From a virus, in the IMG/VR virus record IMGVR_UViG_3300035698_015907: a stretch of 64,000 nt of DNA; one strand, 5' to 3'. Below are positions 40,322 to 48,782 of this stretch, piece by piece. A program made the position numbers and the translations under genes. How positions within the stretch are numbered: position 1 is the stretch's first letter; each line of letters begins with the position of its first letter. The notes beneath the pieces are model-generated. The model was not told where the DNA came from, did no database searches, and worked only from the letters and a program-made list of their open reading frames with translations.

Positions 40322-40579
40322 TTGAAATTCAATTCTAATGCTTCGGCGGAATTTATACTAGATACACCACTGGACCATCCTGAGCGTATTTTTTCTTCCC
40401 CATCAACGATGCGGGATGAATATAAAATACTTGCGAAAAAGTGGCATCCAGATGTTGTTGGTGATTTAGGTTCCGCCGAAGCAGTTCTTGCTCATATCAA
40501 TGTTCTTTTTAAGAATGCAAAAGATAAACCAGCATATAATGAATTTTATGGGGCTTCATTCAAATTTTCAAAACCATGA
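40322..40579 (+). CDS. short J-domain protein
   Basis: YKILAKKWHPD..HIN. Confidence 0.6.
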   Translation: MKFNSNASAEFILDTPLDHPERIFSSPSTMRDEYKILAKKWHPDVVGDLGSAEAVLAHINVLFKNAKDKPAYNEFYGASFKFSKP

Positions 40580-40770
40580 AAACATTAAGAGAAGAAGCAA
40601 TCATAGCAGATGATTGCAATCAAGTTCTTACTGATGTTGACCCTCGCGATATACTTTCTTTGTATAAAGAATTAGATGATCTTCGCGAATATATAAGAAT
40701 ATGGCAAATAGAGAAAAAAAGAGTTGACAATAAAATCTAGTTGTGGTATAAATAGACTATAATAATTTAT

Positions 40771-40846
40771 GCCCCTGTAGGCAAACGGTAAAGTCAGTCG
40801 GTTTAAGCCCGATAATTTGCAGGTTCGACTCCTGCCAGGGGCACCA
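40771..40846 (+). tRNA. tRNA-Leu(TAA), short variable region
   Basis: loop TTTAAGC, CCA; promoter just upstream. Confidence 0.9.
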
Positions 40847-40851
40847 AATTT

Positions 40852-40935
40852 GGGCCATCAGCGTTAAATCAGACAGGTGTTTGGAGCAGCCTTTTAAGCT
40901 GTCCGCAAGAGGATCGTTACCTCGGTGGCCCTCCA
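40852..40935 (+). tRNA. tRNA-Lys(TTT), non-canonical 8/4 fold
   Basis: GGGCCATC/GGTGGCCC, GCAGC-CTTTTAA-GCTGT, 4-bp T stem, CCA. Confidence 0.75.
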
Positions 40936-41075
40936 CTTTTTATAAGGGTTTTGATTGTTTATGGAAGATTGGATATGTAAAATTGGTGTAGATAATTTAT
41001 CTATTATCGCATTTGTTTTTATTCTAATTGTTTCGGAAACAGTGTTTTCTTTCTAATATATGAAATGACATGTGA

Positions 41076-42155
41076 ATGACGAAATATCAGAAATTTGGTT
41101 CTAACGTTGTTATTATTGATCGCTATGAAGATAATATTTTAAATAAAATTCCTTCTGAAACTTTTTTAGTATCATTCAATCCTAATAATGAAAGCTATTT
41201 TTTAGAACAGATGTCTGATCTGAAAGTTTCAGACAAAGTTTATGGTGATGTTGAAAATATAGCTGATAGAATTCTTTATACTTTTGATGATAGAAAAGTA
41301 TCTACTGGTGTTCTTCTAACTGGTGAAAAAGGTTCCGGCAAAACTCTTCTTGCAAAAATTCTTTCTAAGAAATTGAAGAAAGCAGAGATTCCGACCATCT
41401 TGGTTTCATCGCCATTTTGTGATGATAACTTTAAATCTTTTATCCAAAGTATTGATGACAAATGCATGATACTTTTCGATGAATTTGAAAAAGTTTATTC
41501 ATCAAAAGAACAGATGCAACTATTAACGATGTTTGATGGCGTTATGAGTTCTAAAAAGCTGTTCGTTATTACTAGCAATAATGAACATCGTTTAGATTCT
41601 AATATGATGAATAGACCAGGTCGTTTCTTTTATGCATTGCATTATGATTCTATCTCTATAAAGCAAATAAAAGAATATGCAAAGGACAATTTAAAAAATA
41701 AGAATAACATAGATTCTCTTATTAAATTAGGAGAAGTATTATCTAATATGAACTTTGATATGCTTAAAGCTCTTGTTGAGGAAATGAATAGATTTGATTG
41801 CTCAGTCAAAACTGCTTTACAATTTCTTAATATTTCTCCAAGAAAAATTCTTTTTAATTATGAATTAGTAAATTTTGTTCTTCTAGATGAAGAGTTAGCT
41901 AATAGAAGTAAACCTACTAAGAATAATATGAATTATAATATTGATATTGAAGAAGATGTTGTACACGTAAATCTCGAAAACAAATCTGGTAAACTAGAGC
42001 TTAATTATAATGAAACTGAAATATATTTTAAGCAGCAAGATATTACTTCTATAAAAGACGGTATTGTTACATACGAAAAGCCGAATCTTGCTGTTGCAAG
42101 TTTCGCTCGTAGATCAATTAAAAGAAAAAATTATGATATAAAGAATATGTTATAA
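41076..42155 (+). CDS. AAA+ ATPase
   Basis: GEKGSGKT, ILFDEFEK, NRPGRF. Confidence 0.9.
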   Translation: MTKYQKFGSNVVIIDRYEDNILNKIPSETFLVSFNPNNESYFLEQMSDLKVSDKVYGDVENIADRILYTFDDRKVSTGVLLTGEKGSGKTLLAKILSKKLKKAEIPTILVSSPFCDDNFKSFIQSIDDKCMILFDEFEKVYSSKEQMQLLTMFDGVMSSKKLFVITSNNEHRLDSNMMNRPGRFFYALHYDSISIKQIKEYAKDNLKNKNNIDSLIKLGEVLSNMNFDMLKALVEEMNRFDCSVKTALQFLNISPRKILFNYELVNFVLLDEELANRSKPTKNNMNYNIDIEEDVVHVNLENKSGKLELNYNETEIYFKQQDITSIKDGIVTYEKPNLAVASFARRSIKRKNYDIKNML

Positions 42156-42167
42156 ATATATTCAAAT

Positions 42168-42249
42168 GCCCATGTATCGTCACCGCCTCCTAAGCGGTCG
42201 TTAAAAGCGTAACTGGAGTATGTCGGTTCAAGTCCGGCCATGGGTACCA
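42168..42249 (+). tRNA. tRNA-Arg(CCT) lacking a canonical D arm
   Basis: 7-bp acceptor, 7-nt linker, ACCGC-CTCCTAA-GCGGT, long insert, T arm, CCA. Confidence 0.75.
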
Positions 42250-42258
42250 CAAATTAAC

Positions 42259-42335
42259 GGCCTAGTAACTCAGCTGGACAGAGTAGCTCCCTTCTAAGGA
42301 GACAGTCGAGGGTTCGAATCCTTCCTAGGTCACCA
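42259..42335 (+). tRNA. tRNA-Arg(TCT)
   Basis: cloverleaf, A20, CCA. Confidence 0.92.
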
Positions 42336-42342
42336 ATTTTAA

Positions 42343-42747
42343 ATGTGTATTATGAACCTATATTTTGAAAAAACATCGTTCTCTCATGTTACTAAAGAAG
42401 CTGATACAAGTGATGAATGGGATAGAGACGATACTAGTACTGAATGGTCTTTTGGTAGATTAGGTCTTACAAAAAGACAATATGAAGAATCATTTCCAGT
42501 CTCATTTGATGTAAAAGCTGGTGATATTGTTTTTGCAGTAGTAGCAGTATGGAGTACTGGGAATTCATTCAGTCATGATGAACAACACTGTTCTGAACTA
42601 TTTGGCATATTTAAAGATGCTAACGAAGCACTAGAATTTGAAAAAGCACTAAAAAATAAATCTGTACCTGATATATATTATCCGTGGGATGGATATTTTG
42701 AAAGTTTAGATTATATTGAACTTTTAACGAGAATTGTTGAACCGTGA
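42343..42747 (+). CDS. hypothetical protein
   Basis: WSTGNSF..PWDGYFESL. Confidence 0.65.
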   Translation: MCIMNLYFEKTSFSHVTKEADTSDEWDRDDTSTEWSFGRLGLTKRQYEESFPVSFDVKAGDIVFAVVAVWSTGNSFSHDEQHCSELFGIFKDANEALEFEKALKNKSVPDIYYPWDGYFESLDYIELLTRIVEP

Positions 42748-43468
42748 AATGGGCATTACTTTTATTTTTGGTTCCAATGTTTCCGAATGCGGAAGAAACC
42801 ACTGGTTATTCTATATTTGAAGATGAACTTGGATATAATATTACAATAGATGCTTCAAATGAAGATGCATGCAACGTCGCAAAAAATTATTTTCTTGGTA
42901 AAATTGTAGACCTTCCTACTGAGCAAGAACCAGACTGGATTGTTCTCAAATCTATATGTAAATTAGCCTTGACAGCGTAGTCTGTTTGTGTTATTATTAA
43001 CATATGAATAGGAAAGAGTTTTTCTTAGCGGTGGCTAAGATAATAGGAAATGAAGATACTTATATAGAACCAACTGACTATATAAGAAGGTGGAAAAGAA
43101 AAAGATCAAAAGAAGGTTTATATCCTGGTTTTGGAATTATTAGATGGTTCAATGAAAATTTGATCTGTGTAGTTTTAGAAGGTTCTGGTTCCAAAGTAGT
43201 TTTATCCGCAGATGCAGCTTTGTTAATTATCAAAAAGAAGATTGAAAATGAAAAGACGTAATTTTCTAACTGGAATTACATTAGTACTTGCCGCATCTGC
43301 AACACGTGCTGTTGCAGCAGAAGATGTTGCAGTAACTCATGATTATGATGAGTGGATTCATATTACTAATAATATGCCCTATGCCCTATGAGCACACTAA
43401 ACGCATCGTTGAAAATATTGATGCATTCAAATTGCATTCGAATTTCATGCTAAATACACATGCAGTAA

Positions 43469-43726
43469 TTGATGGGCGAGATATATACGACGTCTAAGAA
43501 ATTTAATGCAGTTTTAAGTAATGAATTAATACAAGATTTGAAAGCTATTCAAGGTTTTGATGCAGAAAAAGAACTAGTAGAGATCATATCTACTGAAATT
43601 TCACAGGAACTTGATGAATTTCTGAAATCTAACCATTATGTCTATGATATATCAGCAGTTAGATTTATAGATGATAGAACGTTTGCACCCTCGCTAGGAT
43701 TTATAATGAGGTATGCTGAAGTATAA
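43469..43726 (+). CDS. mini-protein resembling segments of T4-like major capsid protein
   Basis: ELIQDLKAIQGFDAEKELVEIISTEI and TFAPSLGFIMRY. Confidence 0.65.
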   Translation: MMGEIYTTSKKFNAVLSNELIQDLKAIQGFDAEKELVEIISTEISQELDEFLKSNHYVYDISAVRFIDDRTFAPSLGFIMRYAEV

Positions 43727-43732
43727 GAATTC

Positions 43733-43807
43733 GGGCCTGTAGCTCAATGGTGGAGCCGACCGCTCATAACGGTCTGGTTGTAGGTTCGAATCCTACCGGG
43801 CCCACCA
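43733..43807 (+). tRNA. tRNA-Ile2(CAT)
   Basis: GGGCCTG acceptor and GACCG-CTCATAA-CGGTC typical of the lysidine Ile tRNA. Confidence 0.8.
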
Positions 43808-43997
43808 CTTTACCCGTGTCTATTCCCAGACTCGTTAATAATGGGGAAGGTGTATAGCGGCCACACAGCATCCAGCGCTAGGTATTCTGGATAAACAAAG
43901 TGCCTAGTGCCTAGGAAAGACCTGATTGGAGACTTCGCGAAGTCTCTAATTATAGGATCAGTATTTTGGTAGATACTGATCCTATTCCACAGATTAA

Positions 43998-44088
43998 GCG
44001 CGTAAGACTTGGCAGTCAGGGATGTTTTATAAACATTTCGCTCCAGATGGGAGCCCTTGAGAGAGTTCGATCCTCTCTGCGCGCACCA
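43998..44088 (+). tRNA. tRNA-Ile(TAT) with long variable arm
   Basis: GATGT-TTTATAA-ACATT, extra arm GCTCC/GGAGC, A73 CCA. Confidence 0.75.
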
Positions 44089-44093
44089 ACATT

Positions 44094-44168
44094 GCTAGAT
44101 AGGAGTTGATAGCGGCTCGCTGGACTGTGAATCCGGAGGGGTAGGGGCAGTACCTACATCTAGTACCA
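44094..44168 (+). tRNA. tRNA-His(GTG), A73, no encoded G-1
   Basis: CTGGA-CTGTGAA-TCCGG; preceded by T; ends ACCA. Confidence 0.85.
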
Positions 44169-44787
44169 ATAGGAGGAATTTTTATGGATAAAACAGTAGG
44201 TAGATGTTCTCAATGTGGAGGCAATGTTACAGTTCCAAGTGAATGGCTTGGCATACATCCTCCGGTTCCAACTTGTCATTCTTGCGGAGCTCAAGCAGTT
44301 AGCAGATTGCCAATCATAGAAACTGAGCCAGTCGCAGAAGCTAATTCTGTAGGTTATCTTGCAGAATTTGATAAATGGACGAATAACACTCGTTCAAAAT
44401 TAGATAAGATTTATAATTTAAAAGAAAATAGCAAACCATAGGTAATTTAATTTGGAAGATGATGAATTTGGCCTTGAGATGCTAGAATCAGTATCAATAG
44501 GTTACGAGCTGGGTGAAAAGTTCATGTTTATGCTTAATGACAATCCAGCTGAAAATGTAATAGATATGCATGGCAAACCAATAAAGGAAGATTTCTTCGT
44601 TCCAGAATTAAATGACGAAGATGAAATAAAAGGTTTCAATGCTGCTATTCATGATCATCTACAAGTTGAAGATGATTTTGATTATCTGAAGTTGTTTCTT
44701 TTTATAAAGAACGCAGGTTAATATAAAATGAATATGAAAATAAAGGAGAGTTGTATGTTATGTAGATAAACTACAGGAGAACATACA

Positions 44788-45270
44788 ATGGAAAATTGGA
44801 ATGGCATAAGTGCCGTTACTGTCTGTTTCAGGTCTGGAAAGAAGATTGAATATTCTTCGTTAGAAGAAGCTGTTTCTCATTCCACATATGCTGAAATTGA
44901 GACAGAGTCCAAAGATCAGCATGATTTGATTATTCCTGCTTGGAAAATCAAAGAAGTTTCTGATAAAGTTCCGAGGATTTATCGGAGCTGGAAAAGATTT
45001 GCTAACAGGAAATTCAAGTTTCGAGACGGTCCTGTTCCTTATGTGCGCAGCAAGCGCGGTGGTAGGGCTGGAGGAGTTCATAAAGGAAAGCTGAAGCAGC
45101 AGCTTGTTTCTTCTTATCAGTATCTTGATGATATGGAAGAATCAGAAGGTTATCTCAAGCCGTGCACACGAAATGTTCGTCCGTTCTTTTTCTGGAATGA
45201 TTATTATGAAGAAGCCGGTTTGAGAAATAATAACTGGAAGCGCTTCAGGAAACAGCAATACAAAAATTAA
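44788..45270 (+). CDS. basic hypothetical protein
   Basis: FRDGPVP...NWKRFRKQQYK. Confidence 0.65.
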   Translation: MENWNGISAVTVCFRSGKKIEYSSLEEAVSHSTYAEIETESKDQHDLIIPAWKIKEVSDKVPRIYRSWKRFANRKFKFRDGPVPYVRSKRGGRAGGVHKGKLKQQLVSSYQYLDDMEESEGYLKPCTRNVRPFFFWNDYYEEAGLRNNNWKRFRKQQYKN

Positions 45271-45282
45271 TTTACTTTTTTG

Positions 45283-45459
45283 TTGACACAACAGCAAAAA
45301 CGTGGTATAAATATAAACACAATCAATAAAGGAAATACAAAGTGACTTACAGTGAACGCGATTATCGTGAGGATTATTCAATCGAGTAAAGCTCGACGCG
45401 GACATCTGTTGCCTTGTATAGGCCAATCAGGGACCGAGTCGAAAGACCGGTCCTTTTTT
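45283..45459 (+). promoter_or_regulatory. promoter, leader peptide (45342-45389, MTYSERDYREDYSIE) and intrinsic terminator: putative attenuator
   Basis: TTGACA-17-TATAAA; SD AAGGA; GTG start; hairpin over the stop codon; terminator GGACCG-AGTCGAAAGAC-CGGTCC-T6. Confidence 0.7.
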
Positions 45460-45656
45460 ATTGGGGAATTGAAATGGATAAGTACGATAATTATAACAAA
45501 AACGAACTTATCAACATCATGAAAGTTCGTATTCGAGCTGGTAACTGGACCGAAGCAAGGACTATCGGAGAGTATATCAGACAGAATTTTAGAGAGCCTG
45601 CAACCAAGGAGGGTGACACTACGTTGCTGGTTTGAAAAAATCTGTAAAAAGTTAAT

Positions 45657-45739
45657 GGGAAGGTAAAGCTAGTGGTTCTAGCAATGAGTCTGTAAAACTC
45701 ATCCTAACGGGAGTGGATCGAAACCGCACTTTCCCACCA
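45657..45739 (+). tRNA. tRNA-Tyr(GTA)
   Basis: TGAGT-CTGTAAA-ACTCA, variable arm, CCA. Confidence 0.85.
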
Positions 45740-45759
45740 CAATATGATCGGAGAATATT

Positions 45760-46062
45760 ATGTTTACGGGAGGAAAAGAAAACTTCCTTAAGAAAGATAT
45801 TTCTGATAGAGACCTTGATGTTCTATTTGGTCCTTTTGAAGAAGGCGAAAAAGAGAAAGCTAATGTTTGGCTAGAAGATGCTGCTATGCTAGAAGATATA
45901 GTAGTGATGCTTGGGAAAATGCCATCAAAAGGACAAGCTAGAAAGAATGGATGGGGAGGAGAAATCCCCAAAGGTTTCAAAGAGTGGAAAATAGGAAAAA
46001 CAAAGTTCTGGACTTGGGGTGGTTACAACAAGGAAGAATTGGTGATAGAACAGATATGCTAA
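45760..46062 (+). CDS. S4-like domain protein (TyrRS C-terminal-like)
   Basis: LEDIVVMLGKMPSKGQARKNG. Confidence 0.5.
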   Translation: MFTGGKENFLKKDISDRDLDVLFGPFEEGEKEKANVWLEDAAMLEDIVVMLGKMPSKGQARKNGWGGEIPKGFKEWKIGKTKFWTWGGYNKEELVIEQIC

Positions 46063-46140
46063 AGAGTACTCTTTAGTATGATATGCGAAACATTTGCTGT
46101 TAACAAAATGTTAGAGGTGAGAGCCCTCCTATCACCGCCA
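46041..46140 (+). tRNA. tRNA-Asn(GTT), 8/4 fold with greatly extended D region
   Basis: GGTGATAG/CTATCACC G73 CCA; loop CTGTTAA. Confidence 0.65.
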
Positions 46141-46145
46141 TTAAT

Positions 46146-46220
46146 GTTCACGTATCCGTCTGGTGACGGAAGCTGTCTGTCTAACAGCCGAGGCGGGTTC
46201 GATTCCCGTCGTGAGCGCCA
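46146..46220 (+). tRNA. tRNA-Asp(GTC)
   Basis: cloverleaf, G73 CCA. Confidence 0.9.
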
Positions 46221-46280
46221 TTAAGTTGTTGATTGCGTAAATAGGTAATCCGAGATCCTACAATCAACAACTCTTTATAT

Positions 46281-46357
46281 ACCCACGTAGCTCAGCGGAC
46301 AGAGTGCAACCCTGCGAAGGTTGAAGTCGGTAGGTTCAAATCCTCCCGTGGGTACCA
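46281..46357 (+). tRNA. tRNA-Arg(GCG)
   Basis: CAACC-CTGCGAA-GGTTG, A20, CCA. Confidence 0.88.
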
Positions 46358-46368
46358 ATACAAATAAT

Positions 46369-46449
46369 GCCCCTGTATCGCCCCTGCCTTCGAAGCAGTC
46401 GTTAAAAGCGTAATGGAGTATGCAGGTTCAAATCCTGTCAGGGGCTCCA
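46369..46449 (+). tRNA. tRNA-Arg(TCG) lacking a canonical D arm
   Basis: same architecture as 42168..42249. Confidence 0.75.
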
Positions 46450-46455
46450 TAATTT

Positions 46456-46531
46456 GTCCCGTTCGTCTAGTATGGAAGGACACCACCCTCTCAAGGTGAA
46501 AACAGGGGTTCCAATCCCCTACGGGATACCA
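46456..46531 (+). tRNA. tRNA-Glu(CTC)
   Basis: cloverleaf, CCA. Confidence 0.88.
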
Positions 46532-46536
46532 AATAC

Positions 46537-46611
46537 GGCCCAGTCGTCTAGTGGCTAGGACACTTGCCTTTCAAGCAGGGAAAGAGGGATCGAAACCCTT
46601 CTGGGCTACCA
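46537..46611 (+). tRNA. tRNA-Glu(TTC)
   Basis: cloverleaf, CCA. Confidence 0.88.
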
Positions 46612-46674
46612 ATTCAAAGAATGTACAAAAGAAGTCTCCTGTGGTATATTAATTTATACCATAGGAGTTTTGTT

Positions 46675-47181
46675 ATGAATGGTAGCTACGAATTTGAAAT
46701 TCCTGAATTTAATAGACTGATCAAGTATCGTACTTCTGGTGACATTGTTCATTTTACATTAGACAAAAAAGAATTCATATTTCGCCAGAAATATACTAAT
46801 AAAGCTATAAAATCAATGAAGAAATTTGTTGAAAGATCAAAAAATCCTTCATTACATAATATTGCAGCATTTAATAGTGTTTCAGGAAAATTAATTTCAG
46901 AATATGAATATATTACTCCGATAGAAATAGATCATAAAGGTTCTATTCTCTGTGAACTCTCAAAGACTAAGGGAGTATACCATATTTTGGGGCAGAAATT
47001 GTCACAGAATTATACACAGCGAAATTTTAATCCTCATCACAAAAGTGAATTCGGAAAAAACATTAGATATAGTGTGCTGGTTTTTGATAATGGTTTAGAA
47101 TTAGAACCATATGAAAATATTATTTTAGAAAATTTGAATAAGCAATATAGTGATCCAATTCTTAGCATATACACTTTCTGA
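46675..47181 (+). CDS. hypothetical protein (true start 46675)
   Basis: SD AGGAG; upstream part of the track ORF overlaps tRNA-Glu. Confidence 0.6.
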   Translation: MNGSYEFEIPEFNRLIKYRTSGDIVHFTLDKKEFIFRQKYTNKAIKSMKKFVERSKNPSLHNIAAFNSVSGKLISEYEYITPIEIDHKGSILCELSKTKGVYHILGQKLSQNYTQRNFNPHHKSEFGKNIRYSVLVFDNGLELEPYENIILENLNKQYSDPILSIYTF

Positions 47182-47223
47182 ATTCTAATAAATAAGATAG
47201 AATGCGGGGATGCTCTATCTTAT

Positions 47224-47775
47224 ATGAAAAATCTATTCACTAGTACACTGTCTTCTATAGCACTCGGTCTTTTATTAGCTGCTGTAGCGTGGTTATCATA
47301 TATCAGTGCAGTGCACGAATATAGAAAAAATATACCAGTATCATCTATTTTTACTGCTGCAGTGCAAGTTCCTAATTTTCCAGCTGGGGAAAATCCTCAT
47401 GTAATTTATAATAGAGTAATATATCAAGATTTTATTGGAAGTTTTTCTGTAGAAGTTAAAAGAATAAAAGATTCAGCAACACTTTGTATTGGAAGTATTT
47501 CAGGGTTAAAATATTCTGTAGACGAAAGTTTTGATGAAGAATTAGCAACTTTAGATTGGTATATAGGAAAGAAGTGTTCAGCAAATCTAAAACCAGGAAA
47601 TTATTTTCTAGAGACAACATACACGATTAATGTATCAGAAGTTGATTATCCAAGAAAATATTTAACAACGACATCTAATATTTTTTCTGTTATTGATCCC
47701 GCATTAGAAGAGAATCTTAAACAAAAATTATTATCCAGTCCTGTACCGGTACAGGACTGGAATTGGGAGGATTGA
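47224..47775 (+). CDS. membrane-anchored hypothetical protein
   Basis: N-terminal TM. Confidence 0.6.
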   Translation: MKNLFTSTLSSIALGLLLAAVAWLSYISAVHEYRKNIPVSSIFTAAVQVPNFPAGENPHVIYNRVIYQDFIGSFSVEVKRIKDSATLCIGSISGLKYSVDESFDEELATLDWYIGKKCSANLKPGNYFLETTYTINVSEVDYPRKYLTTTSNIFSVIDPALEENLKQKLLSSPVPVQDWNWED

Positions 47776-47779
47776 TATT

Positions 47780-48169
47780 ATGAACGATTGGATAAAACCT
47801 GTAATAGTTTTTGGTATAATTATATTAGTATTAGTAGTTGGTGCAATTGCAATCAAATTCTATTACTTTTCTGATGATCCTTTGGTTGAACTTGGAATAG
47901 TTGAAGAAACAGAAGAAAAAGCTCCAATACACGTAACACAATTTTCCTCCCATAGGACTAAAGACGAGGCTGCTAGAGCAGTAGAAATACATTCTAATAA
48001 GTATCCAGATCTTTTTAGATCGTCTGATTTAAAAGTATTCAGGGTTGAATTAGATTCAGGAACGTGGTATAGAGTTCTCTTACCAACTGAAACTAGAACA
48101 CAATCAGAAGCGTTGTGTAATACGATAAAATCACGGGGCGGAGATTGCTTAGTGTTATCATTCAACTAA
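47780..48169 (+). CDS. SPOR-domain membrane protein
   Basis: TM then Q.SS.R...A..GTWYRV..A..LC..IK..GGDC. Confidence 0.8.
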   Translation: MNDWIKPVIVFGIIILVLVVGAIAIKFYYFSDDPLVELGIVEETEEKAPIHVTQFSSHRTKDEAARAVEIHSNKYPDLFRSSDLKVFRVELDSGTWYRVLLPTETRTQSEALCNTIKSRGGDCLVLSFN

Positions 48170-48782
48170 GATTTATCATAATTCTTTTGATGTTTTAAGA
48201 CTTCGTCTGTTGAATTAACAGTCTTAACATATTCACTATGTTTGTTAGGATGAAACAATGCAACAGAATGCATATCTTTATCAGTATCGCTCATAGAAAA
48301 ATCAGCATGAACAACTCCATGAAAACCTCTACTTTTTAAATGATTTACTAGACCGTCTACTTCTTTGTGGGAATATTCTCCAACATTTCTATCTAGATGC
48401 GAATATACTGGATCATCTTTATGATGTTTAACAGATTTTCCGCTGATAGCTGCCATAGATTGTCTAACTTCATGTTCATTAGCTAATTTGACATTAGCTT
48501 TCATTTTTCGTATATGTATTTTCTGGTCCTTATCACCCACTAGATGGTCCTTCATGAAACGAAGCTTCAGTTTCTTTAGCACCATTATAACCTTTATGAC
48601 CAGAAGTAAACCATGTCACAGGGTGTGATGATTTTTCTTGCATTTTTGAATTATCAGAATATTTAGAAGCAGTAATATGATATAGAGGTGATCCAGCTTT
48701 AGGCGCTTCTAGATGCTTAGGAGTTTCATGAGTAAATTCACCTTCTGCTTTATAGTTTTTATTTGTATCAGCTTCTAACATG
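48166..48782 (-). pseudogene. His/Lys-rich hypothetical gene split by a frameshift (possibly ADP-ribosyltransferase-like)
   Basis: ORFs 48533..48883 (LYHIT..WFTS) and 48166..48585 (LKSRGFHGV..VALFHP) overlap in different frames. Confidence 0.45.

Noticed and set aside
45289-45298. ACAGCAA as another Y-like RNA copy
   Set aside because: It lies in the -35/-10 spacer of a promoter and has no closing stem.
24836-46486. Minus-strand ORFs 24836..25156, 26431..26733, 28199..28534, 29431..29691, 32353..32562, 46292..46486
   Set aside because: They are antisense shadows of tRNA and ncRNA genes (GFEP-type translations of T arms).
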